From: Hyphochytrium catenoides
Lineage: Eukaryota > Protista > Hyphochytriomycota
DNA: 64,000 bases
Assembly: GCA_900088475.1 (NCBI GenBank)
Contig: FLMG01000823.1
Location: 3,576 to 67,575 of the forward strand
Reading direction: 5' to 3'
The first letter of the stretch is position 1; each line of letters opens with the position of its first letter. A model generated the notes under the pieces. That model made no database searches and was not told where the DNA came from. It worked only from the letters and a program-made list of their open reading frames with translations. Position numbers and translations under genes: made by a program. Positions 44,024 through 54,442 of the stretch are shown here, one piece after another.

Positions 44024-45981
44024 CTAAGGAGCCAGACTGGTGATTACTTCAAGGTCTTGACGGGGCCGGGTTTGAAGGGCCCTTTTTACATCTGCCTCGA
44101 CTCTCTGGAGGTCAAAGGAGGAGAGGAGATTAGTCAGCACAGACCAGGGCTTCGCCAAGAGATCTCGCACACTTATACATTTGAAGGCAAAAGAGAGGCG
44201 GAACAACCAAATTGATAGCCATCTCACTCTAAAGGCTAAGGGAAGTGGCGGAAAGCAGACGGAACGAACGCAATCGTAACTCTAAAGTAACATGTGCCAA
44301 GGCACATTGAAGGGCCCGGAGTATGTTCTCTAAGAAATCATCAACAAAGCTTAATTCACCTAGTAACACCTGTAGTGACTCCCTCCTACCGGATTGCTTC
44401 CCTTACCTGGAAGATACTCTTCACCTGCTCATCTTCTCTCGGTAGCGGATCCGTCATTAGGGGCCTTACTTGCGGGCTTCCTTTCGCAAGTTGGGGCAGC
44501 CCATTTAGGGTTTTTATGGCTGAAGCCACGGCCCCTGCCTCCTTGTTAAAGTGGCCGCAAGCGTTAAGCAACTCCTTCCTTATAACCTTAGCTATAAATC
44601 GGAGCAATGACAAATCAGATAGGAAGAACGAACGACATGCTGCTGCAGTACCTTGCTCAGGATCAAGTCTGCTTCGAGGAACGACATCAATAAGCGCTGC
44701 ATCTACATTGGCCAAAAGCGCCGCTAGCCGCTCATCCTCTCCTTCGTCTAACAAAATTTGAGTAGGTTATGTTTAGAAAGAAGACACAGAAGCAGCAGAG
44801 AAAGACTACCATCTGGCCTCATTTGGCATACCTTCTCCTTCCTTATGCCCTCCGACGTCCTCCTGATACTGCATATGCTTCTCTACCTCCAGCCATCGTC
44901 TAACCAGATCACTGTCCGAGATCTCCGGGTCCTGAAGAATGTTGACTGCAAAGAAGATGCGCAATTATCTCAGACTTTTGGCCACTCCAGACCCATGTCT
45001 CAGCGAAGATCACCTAAATAGAGCTGCAGCTTTGATCTCCTCTTCTCTAAGAAATCCCGTTCAAACCTGAAGACGAAGATGAGAACGTTTATCCAAGCTG
45101 AAGGTTAGGATAGGTAGGTCCTGCCGCTAGGGACTAGCATCACATCAATCAGGGGATGTAAAAGTAACTCGCACGACAGAATCTGCGGGACGGGACGACG
45201 AGTCACGTTGCATTCAAGCGCAGGTGATCGTTTCGTCCACGAGCAAGACCTCAGTGACGTCCTTCTCTTCAAGTTCCTCACTAGCACAACTGAAGAGCCT
45301 CAGGAGACCGGCAGGCTCGAAAGCCCCAAGCAGAAGGAGATGTTCAAGCCAGAAGATCTTCATCGACCAAAGGTGGCCATCAGAGCAGGCAATTGGGCTA
45401 TTCATATACATCTCACTTCGCCTGCGCGGCCAGCCAAGGGAGAAGATAAGAGGAGGAAGAGTGAAATAGATAATAGAGAGCTAGAGTAAGGACAAGGGCA
45501 GAATAACGGCTGGCCGACGGCACTGTCTCTGACTGAGTCTATCAAGAGGTGCAGGGTACTCTTCAGATAAGATCAAGCGATTTGGTAATCATCGGTCTAG
45601 CATCTTTAGAAATCGAATGGGTGACTTTGCCGTGCTCGGTTTGCCGGGCAGGTGAATCCTCTCACCGCCAACTCCACTAGTACGGAGGCGGCAAGAAGGG
45701 GTAGAAGGGGCTTAAGCGATAGGTCTCTGTTACCTGCCAAACCATTGCTTTTCAGGCAGTGTTGCCTGAACGCGGAATCTGCTAGTAAGTTGAGCGTGGA
45801 GCTGATCAAAGTCGCTAAAGCGGCGGAGGATGACCCATTCCACACCACGAAAAGTCACCTGCAGCTCTCCAGAGTCAGCTCCAGTTCTACGCGGCACCTT
45901 GGCCCTTAGCCTCACCTGGATTTGGTACTCTGTGTGTCCACTAAGATTCTCAAAGCCGAGCACCCTGGCTGTTATGTCCAT
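44024..45981 (-). CDS. PX (phox homology) domain protein, multi-exon
   Basis: MDITARVLGFENLSGHTEYQIQ|VTFRGVEWVILRRFSDFDQLHAQL...LPEKQWFGR|FERDFLEKRRSKLQLYL is a classic PX signature. Helical C-terminal exons run to the stop at 44024. Confidence 0.85.
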
Positions 45982-46902
45982 TCTGCTGTCTGACGATACC
46001 GCTCTTCCCCAGACTTGGAGGTAAGACTCGTCTCTAGTCCGCGGTAGAAGGTCGATACTTACAAGGCTTCAAAGCTAGGACTATTATGGCCGTGTCCAGC
46101 GCATTGTTGCGTCCCGGCTATCGCTCAGGCAGAGATACTTCTCCTGCGCTGGTCTACGTATCTTACAGGGTAGTGTCTATTCCATATCTTATAAGCCTCC
46201 GCACCAGAGCTCTGTTCATCAAACCTTGCCCTTCTGCGGCGTGTAGCTACCGATCTCAGTGACAGCCGGCGACCTTTGCCTCTCCTTCTCAGCTTGATCC
46301 CTTTCATCGACTGCCCTGGACGAGCTCTCACGAATCTCAGTCTGGTCTTCAGATCTCAAGCAGGAGAAAGGCACACCCATCATACAGTGTAGGATCTAAT
46401 ACAGACGCTTAGTAACTATAGAGAGATTCTCAGTTTAGTTACTATTGAGAAGGTAATGGACTGATATTGCTGAGTGTTCCCCTTGACATCAGCACTCAAT
46501 GCCCTTCCTTCTTATCACCAAGCTCATCACACTCGAAGAAAAGTTGAGATGTTGTTGACAGGCGATGACTAGGAATTAAATAATTCTCAATGATCGCTGT
46601 CTCAGAAAGAATTCAAGCTTCTGATAATCATGGCTCAGTGGGAGGTCCTGGTCACCACGATCCAAACTACCTTGATTCATTTGATGATCGAAGCTGCGAC
46701 ATCGTCACTTCCCCCTTGCCTTTCTGTCTTGGTTCTTCTCTGTCTCTCGCCATCACGCTCCCCTCCTCGCCTCCCTCCCCAAAATGAGCTAGAGTGCCTT
46801 CCCTTTGCTTTTTTGGTCATCCTCACGCTTCAACGATAAGGAGGGATATAATACGGAAGTCTCAGAATCTTTATCGCTAAGCTTGCACCATTCTGGTGAA
46901 AG

Positions 46903-47646
46903 ATGGCGGAGCCGGACTATACTATGCTTGATCGTACTCTTTCCGAAAGGGAGATTGTTATCGTTAACCTGGGCGAGACTCGGTGGACAATACCATCCAT
47001 GACTAGGATTCCCAACTTTGTTCACTTCCTAACCCATGGACCTTTAAGAAATGGCGAGATGCGTGTCTCACTGCCAAGAGCTGTGTTTGAGAACTCCTGT
47101 TCTTGGATTCACTATAGCGTGTATGAAAGTTCGCGGTATTGCGATGCCATTATAAGGCAACTGTTGACGAACTATGGATTCCCCACTACAAGGAGTTCAA
47201 AGCGGTTACGCATTATGGTGAAGGGACTTCAGACAGTGCGATCTGTCATTCAAGAAAAGGAGAGAACCGTATTGGACAATCTGCGTCGAAAGGTCGACAA
47301 TGAAGCAGTAGACATAAGGCTGCAAGTATACTGTAAGGTTTGGGAAGACGATTGGCAATATCATCAGCAACGACTCAGGCAAATTGACTTCTGGACGACA
47401 GATTATGACCTTGAGGCGACAGAAAGTGGTCTTCAAGATTATATTGAGAATGCAATTTCTGAGTCACGGAAAGGAGGAACAGAGGAGTCTGACAGCAAAG
47501 GAGATCCATTCCTGATGTGGGGCACGGTAGCGTCTACGGAAAAACATCATCTCAGGGACGCCAAGTCACAGATATGGAATGCTATTGCGTCGGAAGTAAC
47601 GAAACTTGAGACATTATTACGGGAAGACAGTTCGTCAAAGCAATAG
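46903..47646 (+). CDS. Hypothetical intronless protein (247 aa)
   Basis: Uninterrupted ATG-TAG ORF with globular, non-repetitive composition. The N-terminus weakly resembles a BTB/POZ fold start. Confidence 0.55.
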   Translation: MAEPDYTMLDRTLSEREIVIVNLGETRWTIPSMTRIPNFVHFLTHGPLRNGEMRVSLPRAVFENSCSWIHYSVYESSRYCDAIIRQLLTNYGFPTTRSSKRLRIMVKGLQTVRSVIQEKERTVLDNLRRKVDNEAVDIRLQVYCKVWEDDWQYHQQRLRQIDFWTTDYDLEATESGLQDYIENAISESRKGGTEESDSKGDPFLMWGTVASTEKHHLRDAKSQIWNAIASEVTKLETLLREDSSSKQ

Positions 47647-47699
47647 GATGGATTCACAAACAATATGTAGGAATGGTGGCACTCTTGTTGACACGGTAG

Positions 47700-49020
47700 A
47701 AGATGTCGTTAAAGCCCTTTCCTCAAGACCGCAGCCCACACATTGGCCTCGAGCTCAACCTTGGCAAGTGGGACCTCTGGCTGGCCCAAGTAAAAAATTG
47801 GAAGGTCTCCCAGTTTCCCTGCAACGGCGCTCGCTTAGCGGGTGCCCATTGGTTCTGTCCTCTTTGGGGGGTCTCTGATATTGCTTCTTATGGGTCCTGT
47901 CCGGGAAGTAGACATGAGGCTTCGTCTTGCTGGGTCCTCCCTTCAGACTCAGCTTTGCCTCTTCGGAGGTTGTTCAGCTTATTATGCCAAGGTTAGCTGA
48001 TCATGCCAAGGTCAACCACCTCCTTCGGGGTGGTTGTCTTCCATCTCATCTGACCTCCCTCTGCGCTCAGTTTGACTTCGCTAACGTGGGCTTTCGTTCG
48101 GCTATTGGGTCTGCCTTCCCTCACGGATCTGGTAAGGCGACAGGCTATACCTTACCCATCCGCTTCGGTGGCCTTGGTCTCACATGGCCTTCTTCTCTCG
48201 CCATTCCTGCGTCTCTTGTTTCTGTTGGTGCCTCACCACTCTGATTGCGCAGCTACTGCGTATGGCGGACGTCAAGGCTTACTCACCTCCGTTGCCCCGT
48301 TGAGGTGGACGATGTCTTCCTGAACGCCAATGATGTCCACGAGAGCACCATTTGCAACGGTATCTGCTACATTTGTTTAGTTGACGTCTGCCAAACAAGG
48401 CCCTCCCGTCTCATGATGATGGACTTGCGAAAAATAGAACTCTTGTGCGGGCTACTACTTCTCCCCAACACGCGGAATCTCTCCTCCGGGCTGCCCCTAT
48501 TCCCTGGCTGCAATGAGGTCGCCTTTCAAATTTGTGTGATATGTGGCGATGTTTTAGGTATTCTCTTGTCTGTGCTTCTGTTTTCTGTCAGTCCTGTTCT
48601 TTGCGAATGGATGCCTTCGGTTACTATGGTTAAGGCTGTCGCTGTTTGTGTAGGTGGAGCTAACCAGCATCATCATGCGTTCAAGACATCCCGTCCATTC
48701 TTTTCGACCCTGGTCTCTAAACCACTCGGGAAGCTCGTCAACTGCTTCCAGGCTTCAATAGATATATTAAGTCGTGGGGCGTTCAACTAGTTCAGCACAC
48801 GGCTTGTGCTGTGCTCATCACAACCTTGCTGCACCTCACAAACCTTTCCTAAGCAGCAGTTCATGCCGAATATCAGGGTCAGTTTTCTGTTCAAGTTGTA
48901 AGAGGAGGCTCGCTGTAAAGGTGTAGGGCTGCAGGTTATCCAGGGCGTCTGCGACGTTTTTGGAGGAACTATGGCTCGCGTCCTGATTGTGGGTAGTGGC
49001 TTGTGAAGCTTCTTCAATGT
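47700..49020 (+). mobile_element. Decayed, 5'-truncated non-LTR retrotransposon of RLE type (CRE-like)
   Basis: Frameshifted motifs occur in the expected order: PHIGLELNLGKWDLW, VPIGS, LPIRFGGLGL..PSSLAIPA (RT C-terminus/thumb), QHAESLLRAAPIP, CQSC..MDAFGY..C (CCHC knuckle), GG..HH, DIL, and RCKGVGLQVIQGVCDVFGG (restriction-like endonuclease end). Multiple stops are present. Confidence 0.75.
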
Positions 49021-50357
49021 GGGGGCTCGCTCTTCTACTTGATACTTTTCATCAGCATTAACGTGGGCAAGGGTCTCGATTGGAGATGGCTTTAACTCTT
49101 CGTTCTAGAGCTCTGGCGTCAATTCCTATCTTTGGTGGTATGTGGTTCCTACCTTTCTCTCACGCTACATGTAACAAAGTCGTGCTCTTTCTTGACTGAC
49201 AGTTTGCTTTTACGTCGGCACTTGCACGGCCAGGAGAAGCTCTCTCCTTACAGGCAGGGCAGAGAATCGAAGGAAATCGAGTGAACGTGCCTTCTTCTCC
49301 CTTCTCTCTTGCTGACTTCTTTAACCTACGAGGATGCACAGCTGTGCAAGTACTAAGTAACGAAACCACATATCACTTCACAAAATGCTGTCCATAAAAC
49401 GGTACTTGTACTTGTAAAACGGTATCAAACGTTGCCTGTACAGTACTTATGGACGATCGTTAGCTGTAGTTCTAAGTAAAGTAGTTTCTATGGTTTGCAA
49501 CAATGTCCGGAGTGATGCTCTCATTCAAGTACATAAGTCCTACTTGTAGTAGGCGCAAGTCCTGCCGCGGGTCGGTCCGTTACAAGGCATCACCGTTATA
49601 ATAAAACCCTAACGTTTGTTTAGAAGGTTCTCGCAGCTGCCTCGCATTCTCCTTCGCACCTACTCAACGATCCACCAGCACCATCATATAAGGGTACTGG
49701 CTGCGCCCCTGTCACACAGACTATACTTCTTCTCTTCTCCTGAAGCAGGCTGCTCCCTCTGAGCAGTTCAGGCAAGAGGGGTAGGGCGTATGCTATGTCG
49801 AAGGGAAGAGAAGGACGAAGGGCCGCTCCTTGTTATTGATTTCGTCCGCCATTTCCTGTTGCTTGCAACACTTTTGCAACCTGGTTTGGGAAGACTAGGG
49901 GTTAATGATGATGTGCTTCTGACAAGTGGCAGTCGACACTTCGTGCACCCTACCGCGTGTCCTGCGGTGCAGGCGTCATCCCCCGCCCACTTGCCTTGGT
50001 TTATGCGAAAGGTTCTGTCCTCCAAAAAGGAACTACTACTGCTTATGATGGTGCTACCACTAGTCACAAACATGCAGCAGTGACATAGTCGTCTCCGCTC
50101 CGTGAAATGCAGTAGCGAAGGGAGAAAACGCTTTGTAACGCAAGGAAAAGGAGCCTCTTGCATCAGACAAAGGAGTGAACCGTCGCCACCACTAGTAGCA
50201 CTCAGTACCGCGCGGCGGCTCTCCCGTTCTCTTGCTCCCTTAGTCCTGACTTTCCTCTCATACCCTGCTACCAAGGGCCCGTGAGTCAAGGGTCAATTAC
50301 CTCAACCTCTACGGCAAGGCGAGGTTTGGTTCAAAATCAGTACTAGGGGCCACGGGA

Positions 50358-52739
50358 ATGAGAGAAACGGCAGAGGAAGGTCTTAAGCCCCCTGGCAAAG
50401 CTGGAGCAATGAGAAGGTTACCTAGCCTCGCCAGTACGTCTTCACTATCTGCTGGCAGCGAGACATCTTCTACTCTATCTTCTTGTTCTTCTTGCAGTCC
50501 TCCCAGCCAACAAGCTTCTTCCTCTTCGTTATCAGCATTCCTTTTGTTCCTTAAAGACGTATTCCTCCTCTTTTTCTTAAGCTTTGTGATCAGTGGGTGC
50601 CTCTTAGGGCTGTACATTATCCTCTGCATTCTGTTGCCGTCTCCTGTCAACCAGGAGTGGTGCCACAGCCGCTGCCTCTCCCTTACTGGCGAGCCAGATT
50701 GTCCAACGCAACCACCCTGGAAGACTTCTTGCGGTCTCTCAAGCAGTGTCGGCCACTTTCTCTTCGTTCTACTGATCCTTCACCCTGGAGTATATTTGAC
50801 GTGTTCCTTCGCCTACAAGGAGACTTATCGGAATCGCAGTGCAAGGCCTGGGGCGATAGAGCGAATGACTTGGATGACTCTCCTGGTCACTATGATTAGC
50901 AGCGCACTTTACGTAGTCCAAGTGCTGGTCGTAAGGAGGGTTGCCTTTTATCCTGGCCAGATTGGGTTTGTTGCCTTGTTGTTGATCCTCCATTCCGACA
51001 GGTCTGCAGGCCAATGGAGTTGGTCCCGGTATATCTTAGAAATAGGGGCGCAAGTGATCCCTTCTCTGGCAGTTATTGGCTCTCTAAACTTCCTGTTCCC
51101 TCTTCTTCTTCAGCGTCTGTCCATCTCAAGACGCCAGCTTATTGTCGGCTACGCTCTTCCTGCCGGTTTCTTCCTCTTGTCGGCGGCGACAAAGCAATGC
51201 GTGGTTAAACTCAAAGAGAAGAACAGCATGAGCTTATCCACAGTCCCTTTGGCAGACCCAGGGCTCGACGATTCTAGCGTCTCGTTTTCCCACTCTTCCC
51301 ACTCTCAGGATGGCACTCGGACGAAAAAGACAGTGAGAAAGATCATTCCTGTCATCAGCAACAATAGTACAGAAGTAGCTAAGATAAGCGATCAACCAGT
51401 GTGGGCAGCGTGTCGATTAGAGGAATTTCAAGAGCGAAAGCGGTTGGCTAACAAGACGCTAAAACCTACAAGGCTCCCGTTGCTAGACATGGAAGGTACG
51501 AAGATGGTGACAGAAGAGGAGATTAGACATCAGAACAACACTGAGAAAGACAAAGCTGGGAAAGTATCGCTTCCAGCCCTGGCAGAGTTGTCCCATGATG
51601 GAAGTGAGGTAGAGATGAGTGGACAGAATCAACCTGAGGCAGGAAAGCCATCGCCAACAAGTGAGGAGCTCGCGGCCAGTAAGAAGAAGATCATTCTAAA
51701 TAAGACATCAACGGAGACCCAATGCAGTAGCGGCGAGTGTACGGAGTTGCCCTCTAAAGGACCGCTCTCTAAGAGTGTAAGAGTTGATCCCCTTCTCTTC
51801 ATGCTGTACTTGACGCTTCAGTCCATACAAGCCTGTGCCAGCATCAGCAACACACCAGAGACTAACGCGGCCTTAGTTCTCCTAGCCACCTCCACCGGCT
51901 CCTCTTGCCTCACTTTCATCTCTCTTATAGCACTGAGAGTATTTCGAACGCGGTTCATTGTCAACCTCCAGGGGAACATCCAGCGGAGGAAGGCAAGAGA
52001 CACAGGCAAAGAACGCGCAGGGGAAGAGCAACAGGAGGAACCTGCTGCGGTTCGAGACCAAGTCAGCCCCGCCGGCAGACCTCTAACCATCTCAAAGCAA
52101 GCTTCCCAGGATCCTACGGCCTCAAGGAAAAGGGAAGTGGGGTCAAAGGAGGGCAAGAGTATAGTAGGCTTCTTGTTCCTTAGAAGCTCCCGTGGGCTCC
52201 GGCCGGTTAGGATGAGCATCCTGCTGCTTTCTCTGCGGGATGCGATATCTCCCCACTACGAACCCTCTGACCACTGTCACAGCCACGAAATCAAGGAGAA
52301 ACTTTCGTCCTTGCGCAGAATGGCAATGAACATGACATTGGGGACTGTCTGCTCCGTTGCCATCCTCATCGTTATACTTCTCTGCAGGAACTTCGTTAGT
52401 AGTAGGCTGCTCACCCTTGATACCTGCGCAAACCAACTTGGGGAAGCAAGAGGCAGAGAAAGCGGGGACTCCATGCTGCACGCACAGACGTCTCAAGATA
52501 ATCTTTGGCTCTCCATGCATCCTCAAATGGAGTACGGTCTCTACATCCTGGTGGTCCTGGGCCTACTGTTTGGGTTTGTCGGTGTGTTGGAGCTGATGGA
52601 CATGCAGTTTCTACGAATCTGGAGAAGAGAGAGGAGAGAACATCTTAAGAATGCGCTGCTCCTTCAGACGTTTATGTGCCCCTTCTTGACCACTGGGCTG
52701 CTGTTCGCTGTACTCACAGGGAGCTCAGACGCGTGCTAG
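50358..52739 (+). CDS. Intronless multi-pass membrane protein, paralog A (793 aa)
   Basis: About 10-11 hydrophobic segments by eye. Shares the blocks WCHSRC, LHPG, FYPGQIG, VIGSLNFLFPLL, DP.LFMLYLTLQSIQ, RRMAMNMT, LLCRNFV and FM.PFLTT with the ORF at 54443. Confidence 0.85.
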   Translation: MRETAEEGLKPPGKAGAMRRLPSLASTSSLSAGSETSSTLSSCSSCSPPSQQASSSSLSAFLLFLKDVFLLFFLSFVISGCLLGLYIILCILLPSPVNQEWCHSRCLSLTGEPDCPTQPPWKTSCGLSSSVGHFLFVLLILHPGVYLTCSFAYKETYRNRSARPGAIERMTWMTLLVTMISSALYVVQVLVVRRVAFYPGQIGFVALLLILHSDRSAGQWSWSRYILEIGAQVIPSLAVIGSLNFLFPLLLQRLSISRRQLIVGYALPAGFFLLSAATKQCVVKLKEKNSMSLSTVPLADPGLDDSSVSFSHSSHSQDGTRTKKTVRKIIPVISNNSTEVAKISDQPVWAACRLEEFQERKRLANKTLKPTRLPLLDMEGTKMVTEEEIRHQNNTEKDKAGKVSLPALAELSHDGSEVEMSGQNQPEAGKPSPTSEELAASKKKIILNKTSTETQCSSGECTELPSKGPLSKSVRVDPLLFMLYLTLQSIQACASISNTPETNAALVLLATSTGSSCLTFISLIALRVFRTRFIVNLQGNIQRRKARDTGKERAGEEQQEEPAAVRDQVSPAGRPLTISKQASQDPTASRKREVGSKEGKSIVGFLFLRSSRGLRPVRMSILLLSLRDAISPHYEPSDHCHSHEIKEKLSSLRRMAMNMTLGTVCSVAILIVILLCRNFVSSRLLTLDTCANQLGEARGRESGDSMLHAQTSQDNLWLSMHPQMEYGLYILVVLGLLFGFVGVLELMDMQFLRIWRRERREHLKNALLLQTFMCPFLTTGLLFAVLTGSSDAC

Positions 52740-54442
52740 TATAAATATTCATCTGCTGCTCCTCCTTGCCGCTGACGACAGTCGGTCTAATCCTTTGATT
52801 ATTCTCCTTAATCAACGGCTGGCCATATTCGAATAAGTGGACGACTCTTCTTGCGTGTTCTACGAGTCATCACACTATATATCTGGCTAGCATTCTAAAT
52901 CCTCAAGACATTCTTTATTCCGTGAGTTCTACCACCTGCTTCTTGTTGGGAGAGAAGAGGCCGCCGGGTGAGGATGTCCGAAGCGATGTTATAAGTATAA
53001 GCGTGACTTAGCTAGGAACATCGCTTGGCGCTACCTACTTTGTCTCTCCGCTAATGCTATTCTTCGAAGCACTGTCATGTTGTCTGCCGGCCTTCTTCTG
53101 TGAGAGAACAGAAGAGAAGAAAGGAAGTAGGTGACCATCAGCTTTCAGCCTCCCTCACGTGGGCCAGATCTGTGCCTATGGGAGGCTGCTTTGTACTGGC
53201 AAGTCCCTTCTTCCTCCCTCTCAGAGGAAGGAGATTCTACTACTACTCGGTAGTAGCAAAGATGTAGATCTGCCTGTTGTCTCCTTCTTCAAGCGCACCA
53301 GAAGATAGGAGAAAAGAAGCGACGAAGGATCAACAGACTCTCTTCTCCTTGCTCCGTCTGCTATGATGATAAGGAAGCCGCGGATCAGAGATCTCCGTCC
53401 TCTAAAGTGAGCTCTACTTGTGGGCACTCGTACACCAGGGGGATGTCTGAGATGATAGCCTAATAAAGTGATGGGGTAGTGGGGGGAACGTTTGTCGTCC
53501 GTTACGTGGAGACGACGGATGGGTTCATTGAGACAGAATGAGTGCACTCATTTGACTTCCGCTGACTGCTCTGCGGGCTCCTCCTCCCCTGCTTACTTGC
53601 TTTGCCATCTGCCTGCTGAGCCTTGCTGCTACCTAGGGCTTATCAAGGGCTTCCTTATCTTAACTACTCGCATCTTTGACAAGGAGTGCCTCTTGCCGTT
53701 GCCTTCCATTTCTTGAGCTGGCCGATGAGGGAACAGTCCGTCTTGCTGGTCTACCATTGTCTCTGTTTCAGTCCCAACATGAGGAGGTGGTCTTAAGCTA
53801 GACAGGGGTAGAGGATGAGAGTCGTAGAGACTATCAGAAGATGAGAGTGGAAGAGACGAAGGAAGCTAGTCTTGTGCCGATCAACACTTTGCGCTTTCAG
53901 GGGCGGTAAGCACCCTCCTCTATCCTTTTCCTCTTTGGCCTACCACCAATTACGAGCTCTCCTGGAACATTTACAGCGGGGTGGTGCAGGTCGATATCGC
54001 CTCTAAACGGAGGGAAACTTGTGGTTCGTTCACATCGTGCTCAACCACCACCACAACAAGACATTCTGCTTGGTTTGTTATGATGAGAGCCACCATAACC
54101 GGCGCATGTCAGCAAGGTGACTGAGTGAACAGTCTTCCCAAGAACTGCGGTCCTTCTTTCTCGCCTCTTTCTTAGCCGCTAGTAAGGAAGGGCATAACGA
54201 GAGAAGCGGAGCTGCAACCACGCCAAAAAGCTAGGGACTCATTCAGGTCCATGGCATATCGTTTGTCCCTCTGGAAGTATTCCTGCGACCAGAGAACGAA
54301 GTAGCACGGTTCATAGTGATTTGCAATGACAGCCTTCTCAGCAGTCTTATACTTTGAACCCTTTGGTCCAGCTCGTTCTTTGAGCCAGTACGGGTTTGAC
54401 GAGAATCAGCGGCGACGAAACGTTTGACGGTCTTCTGGAATA

